DNA from: Hormiphora californensis
Lineage: Eukaryota; Animalia; Ctenophora
NCBI GenBank assembly: GCA_020137815.1
Contig: CM035352.1
Span: 4,154,001-4,218,000 of the forward strand
DNA length: 64,000 bases
Direction: 5' to 3'
The translations under genes and the position numbers were made by a program. Positions 1 to 37,800 of this stretch are shown one piece after another. Within the stretch, counting starts at the first letter, position 1. Each line of letters starts with the position of its first letter. The notes beneath the pieces were generated by a model. That model did no database searches. It worked only from the letters and a program-made list of their open reading frames with translations, and was not told the DNA's origin.

Positions 1-2488
1 AATAGTGCCATGCGTCTTCTCAGCACATCCCAATCAGCTCCACTAGAAGTAACTCCAGACCTTATTGAGAAACTCCAGAGTAAACACCCTGCGGCTGCAC
101 CCCTGAGCCGAAAACACCTCGTGTCTACAGTACCTGCTCCCAGTTTCGAGAATGCCACTTTTGACAGCCTCGATGGTGTTGCTATCAAACGGGCTGCAAA
201 ATCTACCCGTGGCGGCTGTGGACCGAGTGGTATGTCATCCGAGCTATGGTCCCGTATGTTGTGCTCCAAGGCATTTACTAAAGAAGGCGACAACCTAAGT
301 TTTAGTCTGGCCCGATTAACAAGGAGAATATGTACAGAGCTAGTGGATCCCACGACCGTATCCTCACTACTGGCTTGTAGGCTAATCGGACTAAACAAAA
401 ACCCTGGGGTGAGGCCCATTGGAATCGGTGAGGTGTTACGTCGAATCATTGGACGTACTGTCACCCAGCATCTCCGAAGTGAAATTATTCTATCTGCTGG
501 TCCGCTGCAGCTTGCGGCTGGGCAAGAGGGAGGCTGCGAGGCAGCAATACATGCTATGAATGAATATTTTGTGCGAGATGAAACTGAAGCTGTATTGTGT
601 GCAGACGCTTCTAATGCTTTTAATGTATTAAATCGTAACACGTGTCTTATTAATATGAGATATTTATGCCCAGAGTTTTCTATTTTTCTAATCAATTTTT
701 ATCGCTCACCAGTAAAACTATTTTTATACAATGGCGAATATGTATTATCGTGTGAAGGAACCACCCAGGGAGATAATGCAGCAGCACCTTTTTACGCCAT
801 TTCCCTTCGCCCCCTGATGGAGGATTTGTCATCATGTTCGGACTTTCAGCTGTTTTATGCTGACGACGGTGCTTCGGCTGGGAAACTGATGAAAATCCGG
901 GAGTGGTGGCAAAAACTTTGTGAGCGGGGCCCGGGATATGGATATCTCCCTAATGGTTCGAAATCGATCCTCCTTGTCAAAGAACAATATCTACAGAAAG
1001 CCATTGACATTTTTGCTGGAACTGATGTTATAATAACAACAGAAGGGGTTCGATACTTGGGATCACCCATCGGGACCAGTGCCTTCAAAACTAACTTTGT
1101 TTCTGAGAAAGTAGAAGAATGGAGCAAGGAGTTGAAAGTTTTGTCGGAAATTGCAACTAGTGAACCACAATGTGCCTACAGTGGTTATACGTTTGGTTTA
1201 TCTAAAAAGTGGTTATTTCTAATGAGAACAACTGCAGGGATTGCAGAACTTTTTACGCCCTTGGAGACCTGTATCAAGGATTCTTTTATCCCTGCCCTGA
1301 TAGGTCCAAACACCCCTCCCAACATCAGAGCTCTCTTCTCTCTCCCTGCACGTGATGGTGGGCTCGGAATTTTGATTCCGACAGAACAGGCGGCTGCTGA
1401 GTTCATCAACTCTTCTCAGGCGACCCAGCCTCTTAAAAATCTCATTCTGGAACAAAAACTCCTAATCAGTGAAGAACGCTCGGAACTCCTCCTGTGGGAA
1501 GCGAAAGGAGCTAAGGCTGCAGTCCTGAAAGTAAAACGATCTACACAGAATGCCGAAAAAGAACAAATCCGGGCACTACTTTCAACCTTTGACCAGCGAT
1601 TATTCGAGGAGATCTCGTCTAGAGGGGCCTCTAGCTGGTTAACTGCTCTGCCCTTGGTGGAACACGGATTTGTCCTGAATAAACAGCAATTCAGAGATGC
1701 CCTGCTACTACGCTACAACTTACCCTTTGAGGGCATACCATCTGTTTGTGCGTGTGGAAAATCAAACACTCTCGAACATTGCCTTTCATGTGCCGTGGGA
1801 GGTTACGTGTATTTACGGCACAATAACATCCGAGACCTCACAGCTAACATCCTCGTGGAGGCCGGCTGCAAAGACGTCCGTATTGAGCCGCAGCTCCTAC
1901 CCATAACTGGTGAAACATTCCAATTCAAATCTACTATCACTGTTAACAGTGCCCGTTTGGATGTTTCTGCCCGGAATGTGTGGAGTGACCTCGATAAGGT
2001 ATTCACTGACATCCGAGTCTTCAATAGCCTGGCACCTACTAACATTTCTCAGCCACTCGGAAACACCATCAAGCGGCATGAGCGAGAAAAAGTACTTCAT
2101 TATGATGCACGAGTAGTTGAGGTGGAGAAAGCAACTTTCACTCCACTGGTTTTCTCAACAACTGGGGTCATGGGTCCAAGAGCCGAAGTATTTTACAAGA
2201 AGCTTGCAAACCGTCTCGCCGACAAAACCGGGCATACCTATAATGATAGCGTGCGTTATATCAGACTACGACTCTCTTTCTCACTCCTAAAAACTGTACT
2301 CATTTCCATCAGGGGGTTCAGGGGGAATAAATGGACTCGGTTTTGTAGTTTAACCAATGACATTAATCTAATCTAATTTATTAATCTAATATGTACTGAT
2401 TACCTTGATTCTTATTCCGTTTTAATTGGACCGGCAACCCCGGCTTTCTTGCAAAATTTTTTTTGTCCTTGAAAAAAAAAAAAAAAAA
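1..2488 (+). mobile_element. CRE-clade (RLE-type) non-LTR retrotransposon; 5' part lies outside the window
   Basis: RT ORF, then a 3' UTR of about 95 bp and an A17 tail at 2472-2488. Confidence 0.88.
10..2376 (+). CDS. Reverse transcriptase + CCHC zinc finger + restriction-like endonuclease (CRE-like ORF, probably N-terminally incomplete)
   Basis: RT motifs GVRPIGIGE, ADASNAFN, GTTQGD, FYADD and YLGSPIG. Zinc finger CACG..EHCLSC, then RHN and the RLE core RLDV..TDIRV..EREK, FTPLVFSTTG. Confidence 0.93.
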   Translation: MRLLSTSQSAPLEVTPDLIEKLQSKHPAAAPLSRKHLVSTVPAPSFENATFDSLDGVAIKRAAKSTRGGCGPSGMSSELWSRMLCSKAFTKEGDNLSFSLARLTRRICTELVDPTTVSSLLACRLIGLNKNPGVRPIGIGEVLRRIIGRTVTQHLRSEIILSAGPLQLAAGQEGGCEAAIHAMNEYFVRDETEAVLCADASNAFNVLNRNTCLINMRYLCPEFSIFLINFYRSPVKLFLYNGEYVLSCEGTTQGDNAAAPFYAISLRPLMEDLSSCSDFQLFYADDGASAGKLMKIREWWQKLCERGPGYGYLPNGSKSILLVKEQYLQKAIDIFAGTDVIITTEGVRYLGSPIGTSAFKTNFVSEKVEEWSKELKVLSEIATSEPQCAYSGYTFGLSKKWLFLMRTTAGIAELFTPLETCIKDSFIPALIGPNTPPNIRALFSLPARDGGLGILIPTEQAAAEFINSSQATQPLKNLILEQKLLISEERSELLLWEAKGAKAAVLKVKRSTQNAEKEQIRALLSTFDQRLFEEISSRGASSWLTALPLVEHGFVLNKQQFRDALLLRYNLPFEGIPSVCACGKSNTLEHCLSCAVGGYVYLRHNNIRDLTANILVEAGCKDVRIEPQLLPITGETFQFKSTITVNSARLDVSARNVWSDLDKVFTDIRVFNSLAPTNISQPLGNTIKRHEREKVLHYDARVVEVEKATFTPLVFSTTGVMGPRAEVFYKKLANRLADKTGHTYNDSVRYIRLRLSFSLLKTVLISIRGFRGNKWTRFCSLTNDINLI

Positions 2489-2907
2489 CTCAAATTTCAA
2501 ATAAATAGAAGATAAATCCGCGCACGAGAGGACGCAGCGTAGTGTTGATATTTTCGCGAGTGCTGTTCATGTTTATCTGGCCGGGAATGGGAGTCTACGC
2601 GCGCTCAACCTTCTTAGCACACCATCGCGCGTTACAGCGATACCATCACTTCGATAAGACTTTCAGTTTCATTCTTCACCGCTACGATTTTACTTCAACA
2701 TTTTTCATGAGGATAATGACCGCAAACCCAGATTTTCCGCTTAAAGTGTAACTTACTAAATAAAACTCAAAATTGTAAAAGGAATAAATCAGAAATGAAA
2801 TTTTACAATTGAATTTTCACACACATTATTACATACAACGAAGAATTAATTTACCAGTCCAAAGAATTAATTTATAACCATTCCAATGAATTAATTTACT
2901 ATTGATT

Positions 2908-28195
<25,288 letters not shown>

Positions 28196-28709
28196 CTAGG
28201 ATCTGGTCCGTCTACTACCATTTACTGGATGCACGGGAAATTTATTAGTTGGATACCAAGAGTGGGTCTACTGGTTACGAAGATACACCTCGCTTGTCAG
28301 CACGGGTTATTTCGTAACCAGGAGCTGGGGTCAAGGGGTGACCTTTTAGAGACAAGAAAACATTTCGCTCATATGAAAACAATTATCAACCGTGGAAAGC
28401 GATACAGTTTAACACAACACGATATATATACCACCTCAGTATATCACTTATATCGAAGGAAACTAAAACCTCAGGAAAGGTTATGTTAAGGGGGAGTGGT
28501 GAAGGACAACGATTATAAGATTTAGGATCAGGTCGCTAATTCTGTTAGAACTGTGTTGTAATTTATATAATATAATAATAATATTTGCACCAGTCAATTT
28601 CTCTTTCTGTATTCCACTTTGTCACAATTGTATGTAACGTGATCTGACACGCTCTGCAATGTGGTCTGTTTGCTCAAGGGTGTAACATATTTGCTCTGAA
28701 ATTCAATAG

Positions 28710-29225
28710 TAGGCCGGTCATATAATGTAGGATTTTATTATGCCTATAAGTTGTACCTGAAAACTTATAACACGAGACCGAAGGTCGAGTGTTATAAGTG
28801 CAACAATAATGATCCGAGACCACAGGTCGAGGCAGATTCTTGTACTTTAGTGCACGAGCCTGCGAGTGTCACTAAGTGTAACTACCTCACGAGCCTGCGA
28901 GTGATGTAGTTTTACTTTTTGACCGAGCCTGCGAGGTCTAAAAGTGTAAGAATCTGGGACATTATTGTTGACGTCAGGTACAACGGAAATAGGCATAATA
29001 AAATTGCATTGTAAAATTTTTTAAACAAGAGTGAGAGACACTTTAGGGTGTAACAATAGAACGAATTCATGATAAGGTAGCAGGTAGAGATAGATCAGTA
29101 TAAGATAAGATAACGCCTGAGATAGGTAAAGAGAGTGAGAGTGAGAGAGATAAAGAATGTGCGGGTCCGGGAGTTCGTAACTGTTATCTTGGTCTCGGTG
29201 CTGCAACGGCTTGAGAGTGTGACAT

Positions 29226-29273
<48 letters not shown>

Positions 29274-29564
29274 TTCGTACACGTTTATCTTTCTAACGGT
29301 TTTTAATTGTGACAGAAACAGTGGAATTCTAAGTCACTTAGAATTCCACTGTTTCTAACTTAGTAAGTGCAGCAGTGTTATAAGTTTTCATGTATCACTG
29401 GGGGGTGTTATAAGTGAAAACTTATAACACTGGGGGGTGTTATAAGTGAAAACTTATAACACTGGGGGGTGTTATAAGTTGTACAAGCAGTGCTACCTAA
29501 AGAATTATATTATATCTCAAAATTTTACAATGATCTTTTTACTAGACATCATATGACCGGCCTA
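28710..29564 (+). mobile_element. Structured non-autonomous element D (branched hairpin module with short TIRs)
   Basis: Ends TAGGCCGGTCATAT and ATATGACCGGCCTA. Nested inverted repeats at 28733-29003 with five CGAG..CGAG hairpins. Confidence 0.78.
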
Positions 29565-29926
29565 ATTACAGTTACAAAAGGCCTGTCAACAAGTTAGAAA
29601 ACAATAAACACAATATTTGCATTGTACATATTATTTTTTCAGCTAAAAATCACAGTTTATAACACGCCCAACTCAAAATATTTCCTAATCTCCAGATAAA
29701 CCTGAAAATGGATCTGTCTTTAAATAGACACACAATATATCATTATTATTAACCCTGATATCTAGATATCTATTGTGATGGATGATCTCACGCTGCTGGT
29801 GGGTTTTTGATCCTAAAAAAACCCAAGAACAGCGTGAATAGTCTCACCACAATAAATATAATATATGAACCCGCCGCCAGCTTCGCCAGCAATAATTCAA
29901 TATTTGGATATTACTAAACTAAATCA

Positions 29927-32900
29927 CTATGAATTCCCTTGCTCTGAGTTTGAGTCTTTTGCACGTTTTGCTTGGATCATTTTGGCTATCTCTGTAAAAC
30001 GATTTGCTGCTGATAAAGCTACTGATTCCCTGAAAGAAAGAAGAGGGGTTTATGCATGGGGATTGGTGGGGGGGGGGAGTAATGAGTATACATGAAATAA
30101 ATGTTGAAAATTATTATGAAGAGTGGCTAACAACAACTAACAGTTTCACTACGAACCTAGTCCATTTTTCCCAGACCGATTCCTGTCCACGGAGCCCCAC
30201 TTGTCGTGCTTCCACTGGGTGATCGTATGCCCATCGAAGGGACTTCCGCACCTCGTCTACCTCTATCTTTGCCCAATGGTGCTGATCTAAATTCTTCTTT
30301 ATTGCCAGCGCTGCAAAAAAAGGGATTATATTTCATTGATGGATACTTTCGGTGAAAGTGCCGGGTGGCAATACTGCAGGTGGCAGCACACAATTTAGCA
30401 TTAGTCCGCACTATCGGTATACGGAGAAGTTGAGAAAGTGGAAATGTGCTGCCATATGGATAGAGAAATAGCTACGTGGAGGTGCACAATAATAAATTAT
30501 ACATTCATTATTCAGATCATCTTACTTACAGAAACTCTTAGGCACTTTCTCAGTTTCCTTAACGATAATTGGTATGGAGATGTTTGGTGTGAGGTATTCG
30601 GTTACACCTCCCCAAAGGGGCACTATTACTGGTACAGCCACTGCCATAGAGTCCACTATAGTCCTGCCCCAACCCTGAGAGTTTTTTAGTAGTTAGTACG
30701 CAGCTTGACCAGCTGTAGAGTGTGAACAAAAGGGGCTTTGTAGTAGGTAGTGCTTTAACAATAGGGAGACGTAAGGATATATAGCTCTATTTTTTTACTG
30801 CTCATTTCTCCTCTAACAACTCCTTTCATTGTTCTTTTTAACTGTGCGTGCTGGAGGATCTCACCTCTCCATGCGTGGCGAGAACAAACACGTTTGCAGA
30901 GCCAAGTAGAGAGGAGTATTCAGGTTCAGGAACTCGGGCCACCGTTGCCACGCGGGGAACTTTATTGGAATTCCGGAGAAACAACTTGTAGTTTGCCTTT
31001 CCGATAATATTCTTATTCTGCTGGATCTTCTTAGACAAACCTGGAAAGGGAAATAGTGAGTAATGGCGTGTTTAGGAACTTGTTTTGTTCAAACCGGGGC
31101 GGGGAGAAACAAGGTCGAGCAAGGCAAAATGAATCATGGGTATCACTTTTAGAGGGGTCACATACCATTACACCGGAATGCTAGGCATACAGCATCCTCC
31201 TGGCTAAACTCTGCTATAAAGGCATCCAGTAGGTGATCGTATCCCTTCCTCTCTTCTGATTTACCTGTCGCGCATTTACGTTAAGATATATAGACTGCTA
31301 GAGTTCATTTTTCAATAAACAACACATTGGATGGTAGCATGCAATAAGTTGTTATAATGCTCACAACAACGGTAGAATGTTATAAAGAAACCACAAGATA
31401 TGATTACTCGTTCGTTACGTTGCATTTCGTTTCACTTTTGCTCGTCTCAGACACCAAAAAGGGCTATTTTCCTCAATAAAATGCAACTCAAATCTGTCTC
31501 TAGTTCTCATTTCCATCACGCATGACCTCCCAGTTACCACTGAACTGTCTCTCGGGTCTGGCCTAGTCTCCTCACTAAACTACAGCTACATTATTGGCCA
31601 ATATTACCCACCGCCCCACCCCCACCCGCCCTCCCCCACCCACCTCTCCCAATATAGCGGACATTGCTAAACACCACACTACAGAGACAATCCTTGTGTT
31701 TTGGTGCACTAAGTCGCTTATCGCGTGTAACAATTAATAAATGTTCTTATCTGTCCCATCCGCATAGTATTCTAGAACATTTTACAGTCTATTGCATTGT
31801 ATTGGTGCTACATTCAGTCCTACCCCTTATCTGTGTTTAATCGTTTTTGTTTATCTTCATCTCCACTGGAAATGGATACACCTCTCATCTCATCATCAAC
31901 AACATCACGGTACCAATCATCTATCAAATTCTGTAAGTTCACCTGTCCGTATTGTCTGTTCACAGATTGTGTAAAGTTATATTGTGAATGTAATTGACTA
32001 TTCAAAACACGGTGTACATCGGGATTCCAGACCCAAACTCAAGACACTCTCAAAGGCAAAACGTTACCTTGTTCCAGACCAAACTAAACTCAAGACACTC
32101 TCAAAGGCAAAACGTTACCTTGATCCAGACTAAACCAAACACAAGAATCTCTCCAAGGGATACCGTTACCTTGTTCCAGACCAAACTCAAGATCAGTCTC
32201 TCAAAGGCAAAACGCTACCTTGTTCCAGATCAAATCAAACACAAGAATCTCTCCAAGGCAAAACGTTACCTAGTTCCAGATTAATATAGGGAATTCCCAA
32301 GTTTTACTTGGTTAGGCCGGGAGTTAGACTCCTTGGAGCGTTTGAGGCGATATGCTCTGCATAGTCCGAATCGCAGCACCACAACAACAACAACAACCAC
32401 AAGATATAATACGAACACTCCAGCTCCTGAAGCTCACTCACTCACTCACCGCCACTTCTCACATGTTCATTTTTGGTCAAAGAATTGATCTGGAAAAAAA
32501 GTGCACTTGTTCCCTAACCCTTCCCACAGATCTATATATATATCGGTAAATAGTGCTCCGATTAATAAATAAAATAATTGCGTGAAACTTACTAACTGTT
32601 AGGAAAACATAATCATCAGCCCGGCACCCAGGGAAGAATTTGCCCCGGTTCGGTTTTACAAGTGCTGGATCCATTTGCAGGGTATTGAAACCCTCCCCTA
32701 TAACCGTCACTACTCGTTCTACCCCACCGGCCTCGTAGACGCCCTTTAAGAAAGTACTGGGCACCCAGATCTCATTGGGACTATCGTTCAAGTCCTTCTT
32801 CCACACCTGCGAAGAGAGATTGCTAGTTAGAAACATGCACAGACCACAAATCACTACACAGAAAACATGCACAGTCAATGTACTAGCCTACATTGTCATG

Positions 32901-34283
32901 TACTGCACTGTACACTCAAATGTATGAATAGGATGAGATTTAACTGTAATAAGTAATAACATTTTGGTTACTAATTTTGTTAGTGGTCGGCCATTCCTAA
33001 CAGTACCAAAACAGTACCCAAATATATATTACCTTCGGCAGTGCACTTGTCTCAAACATTGATCTGGTGATGATCCAATCAAAATTTGCAGTTTCAGGGT
33101 AGTTTTTCAGCTCCTTCTTTAGATCATGTAACATGAACTGAATCATCACAATGTCTGAAGTGAATTAAGAATTAAAATGACAGTGTTTAGATGGGAATGT
33201 ATGTGTGTACCATTGTAGAATGTAGGGCCTCAAGGCACAATTTAGGACCACTTACACGCTGAGTTATCGCCGCTTTTTCGGTCGTTCCCAGCAGCCAATA
33301 TTTTCTCACCCCTTTTGTTGCAACGCAGTAGTAGCTCCTGTAAATATACCGCATAATTAAGAAAGCCGCAAAATGTACATCCTCCCGACTAACAATAATA
33401 CAGGTATTCTGCCGCACACTGAAAATCCCCTTGTATATACATTGGGGTCCCGACTTCCTGTACATGCTCTCAAGAGAACAAACAATAACAATGCATTCTT
33501 CTATGTATACTGTCTAGTGTTTATACAAAGCAAAATGTAGGGGGAATTCTGAGACATCAATATTCATATAATCACCTTATCTTGAACATCAAGTTCTAGC
33601 CATATCGTATCTTGTAAAAAACGACTATCTTTTGGACCTTCTTCCTGCCACCCAAAGTTTCGGGGAAACATTTGACAGAGTGGGATAATAAAGTTTATAG
33701 CTTCTTCTGCAAATCCGGCTGATTGCTGATTCTCTTTTTTAATTGCCTGTCCATAACTGGCTCGTATGCTAGTCACCCATAATACGTTCCAGTTTTGTTG
33801 AGGGAGTGTGGGGGCTTCTTCTTGGACAGGCGGCTGGGTTGGTGATCTGTCTGGCTCTTTTGCAGGTGGGTCGAGTAATAAAAAGTCTTCATATTTTGAT
33901 CTGAAATGAGAGACGAGGGTAAGCAAAATAGCAAAAGCAAAATTGTGAATACTCATTAGGCTGCCAGTAATTAACCAAGCACTCTAGTGCAGCACATTAG
34001 CAACTAAAACTCTTAACTCTCTCTCATATTGGAACACCGCTATCAACTGATAACTACTCATTTATAATAAAACATTATATGAGTTAAACAATTCGAGATT
34101 TCTTCAAAAAAGATTTTATCAAAAAACCTACTTGTTAGTTGGCTCCCCTTCAATAACTTCGAAAGCTGTATACTGCCAGGTTATAAAAATAGTCGAAACG
34201 ATAAATATCCACAAAACTAGAAACGTTAATAGTTTAACTCTGATGTATGCCACGGACGTATTTTCTGAGGCCCGTGCCACCAT
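29927..34283 (-). CDS. GT4-family (GT-B) glycosyltransferase with N-terminal signal anchor
   Basis: Exons 34132-34283, 33576-33900, an uncertain exon near 33440-33515, 33033-33154, 32593-32806, 31166-31264, 30865-31040, 30530-30674, 30157-30310, 29927-30029. Motifs RSMFETSALP, NEIWVPSTF, SKSEERKGYD.LL.AF, FVLATHGEGWGRTIVDSMA and HWAKIE. Confidence 0.85.
32022..32282. repeat. Degenerate tandem repeat of about 50 bp in a GT4 intron
   Basis: About five copies of 'tccagaccaaac..caagacactctcaaaggcaaaacgttacctt'. Confidence 0.75.
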
Positions 34284-34891
34284 CGTCACGTTCGGGGGGA
34301 AATTGAACGCTACCGGATCTCGTTCGATGACTGCATCTGTAGTACTATCAGGTCACGAGGAAATTTCTCTTACTCCCTTGGGTTGAAAATCACGCGTGAC
34401 AGAGCACGATAGACAACGACACAGAGATAAACAGCTTCAAAAAGTCACGATAAACGGCGTCCCGAGAAAAGTTTAAATTTTGGAACTCAAAAGAAAATTT
34501 TGACTCCAAAACGCGACCATCAAAAAAACAAAGACCCAGCCAGTCGAATTTGCGCGGCGTTTTGGTACGCGCAAAACAAACACGCGCGCAGTTTTTATCG
34601 ATTCAATGTGGTTGTTTGCTATTTTTCAGCACCCTTTATTCTTTTCTCGTAAAGTAAGCATATAAAATTAACACTTGATTAATTAAACTCTTTCAAACTT
34701 CAAATTTGTGCTATATACAGATTAATTGAATATTTAAGGTGTTCAGCTTTTAAAGTTAAATGAACCATAGTGATTGACCCGATACATCCCACCAGTGTCT
34801 CCTATCCCAGCACGATTACACATTACAACAGTAGCTCCATGTCCCTGGTAAATGCCATCATAAGGTGTATAAAAAGTGTCAATGTATGTAT

Positions 34892-37800
34892 TTAAACTAT
34901 AAGTCTACATCCCGGGATGAAGCGACTCTCCCGCCAGATGTTTGTAGACCCAGTATTATCACAACACTTCTGGCACTGCCTACATCTCTTGTACCTATCG
35001 CACTGCTCCAGCAATAGCATCCCTGAAAAGAGAAAATGGGATAATACTGGATTAGTGTCTACTAAATACCAACCAGTTTCCAATTCCTACACTGTTGTGG
35101 AAACTAGTTGACTTGCTCTGACCTATGAACACCTTTTCAACACTAGAAAAGTAGTAAAAACTAAAAGTAACAAAATACCTCAAACCCTCGACTACTACTC
35201 AGTGTGCGGTGACATACCGTTTTTCTTTCTGTGTTTCAATTCGTCCAATTCTCGAGCTAACTTCAGCTCATTTTGAGCAGCCCAGCTTTTTGTTAGATCA
35301 TTTTTCTGAGCTTCCCTCATTTGGTATCGCTTGTAACTCTCCTCTCGAACCCTGCGATCAAGAAGTCATTATACGTCATAACGTGAAGCAAAATATCTAA
35401 AATGTAAACGAATCGTGTTAAAATCATTTTGGTTTTAGTGAACTTACTCAGTTTTTCCTCTAACAATCATTTCACACTCCCTCTTCACTGTTTCCTTTTT
35501 CTCAGCCGCAGCCTTCTTTTTAATTTCCTCAGTCGACCTCAGCTGGTGGTTCATCACCTCCTTCAGCCGCTTCCTCATCTCCCCGACCCTCTCCGGAGTC
35601 AAGTCCGATCGCCCAAAGATAGGGCTGTTGGAATCAGAAACGGCAGACGGGAATTGGAATGGAGGATTTAGTAGTTGTGTATTTAGGGCAGCTTGGTATT
35701 CTCTCACACTAGCGTGTTTTTTGGCTATCCTCTCCCTTCTTGATGCGTCAAGCTCCGCTCTCACCTCCGCAAGTTCCGTTTTTTCCAATTTCTCCGTCTC
35801 TATCCGATGGTGTTCGGCCTTTCTCTCCTTCTCCTTCACTTGTTCAGCGAGATGCAGATTGTACTGCTCGGGGGCTAGGTACCGCCGTGGAGCAGGGGGG
35901 CGCCGAGCAAATATATACGATTTCTGAAGAGGTAGAAAGTGTGAGTTGTTGCTACATAAAAATCTGAATAGAAGCGACAATACAATACTGCATGTAGGTT
36001 TTGTGACCTTTTCCGACTCACATAAAAGTCCTTGTCAGGTAGCCGGTCAATTTTAGTTTTCTCTGCCAGGTCCAGATTGAAGTCCGCCACCTCTTTACTA
36101 ATGTCCTTGTCTCGCTGCTGGTATACCTGAAAGAGGGGGGGGGGGTACTTCAGGGTAGAAAAAACACCTGACAGCAGAGTGATACAACCCTAACTATCTG
36201 GCTGCAGTGAAGAAGTAACAGAACACAAAGTGATTTAACTATCCTGGCGACTAGCATATATATCTACCTTCTCCCGTTCGTAGTAAACAGAATCTAGATA
36301 GTTCTGGTACTGCTGCAGCACGGTGTCCTGTTCCTCCTCAGCCTTGGCCCGTTCGGCGGTGAAGGAGAGAGGGAGGTTTCTTCGTTGGCGCTGGTGGCAC
36401 ACATAGCACAGCTCCTGGCCACCACTGTGTTGACACGAACTGAGGGCCGGGAGAAAGTGGGGTTATAGTTGGGAGAAAGTGGGGTTATAGCTGGGTTAGT
36501 GTGGGGTTATAGCTGGGTTAGAGTGGGGTTATAGCTGGGTTAGCCGTTAGAGTGGGGTTATAGCTGGGTTAGAGTTGGGTTTGGGGTTAGGGATGCTTTG
36601 TACAAGAAACAATAAAAAACGCTGTGACCGGGAGGGAATATGATTACATTTCATGTGCTGAAGTTGTTGTTGGTAGAGGTTCCTCTGTCACAGCATTGGT
36701 CGTTTCCACGGCCTTCTTAGGGATAACCTGGACTGTCTCCAGAGTTTCGCTTTTTAAATCAGTGTGTTTCAAATCTGAAAGGGGTATGGTGTAGGTAAGT
36801 ATGTTCTAACCCGGGCGCAGAAAGTATGCGTAGTGCAGTAAGTATGCGTAGTGTTCAAAGGCAACAGGTTAGAGGGGTTACCTGTTTTGATTTTCCGGTT
36901 GACATCCTTCACTCGTTGCATTTCCACTCCCCCATCGCACGCCAAAACATCACTGTTCCATGTTATTCGAGAGGAGGGAGCAGTTGCAGGGGCTACGGGA
37001 TAGCTACTCTCCTAAAAAAAGGGGGGGGGGGTCATAAAACCAGAGGCCAAAACTTCTTGATCCTAGATCAGCCAGTCAGGCCAAAGATAAGCTTATTTTA
37101 TATATCACCACCAACCTCTTCAAGGGTTTCGAGAGGCCTCAAATCCAATGCACTGTTCCCATGATTACTGATTACAGATAGAGGCCTATCCTCAGCTGCT
37201 GACCATACGTTCCTCAATTTGGCACTAGGGAGTCCCATTGTGCTGGGAGTGCTGCTAAGAATGGAGCTCCTGGAGACGAAACTATCAGAGGTATTGGGCC
37301 TCCTCATCAGCATACCCTTACCGCCATCCAAAACTCGCATTAAATCTCGGCAAAACTTGAACTTTGCTTTGCCCTCGCTAACAAATAAACTGCCAATGTC
37401 CTTGAAAGGTAGGATGGCCCTCTTTTTAGAGTGAACTGTACGCGAAAAGGCAGCAAGGATTTCTCTCAAGCAGGTATCTACAACATCCCGCTCCACTCCC
37501 AGGTCCAGTGAGATCGAGGAGAGATTGAGTTGGACAACAGGAATCTCACCTGAGGGGAAAGAGGTAACTTTGAAAAATTAAAAGTTAAAACTTGTTTGCG
37601 GATGTACCACTACACGGAGAAGAAATGAAAATGAACAAATCTAAAACCCCTCCTCTCGCACGGATCTTGATCCATGTGTATCGGTAGACCTTTGCGCGCG
37701 GGATTCTCTACCAAGAGTTGGATCGCGCGTTCCCTCCCTCCAAAACACAGCTTGCGAGTGTGTCACTGTGCCCTGTTCATATCACGCTACTACTGCTGCA

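Noticed and set aside
35133-35145. 13-nt match CTTTTCAACACTA to the SL
   Set aside because: It is short, AT-rich and antisense in an intron, and the flanks do not match.
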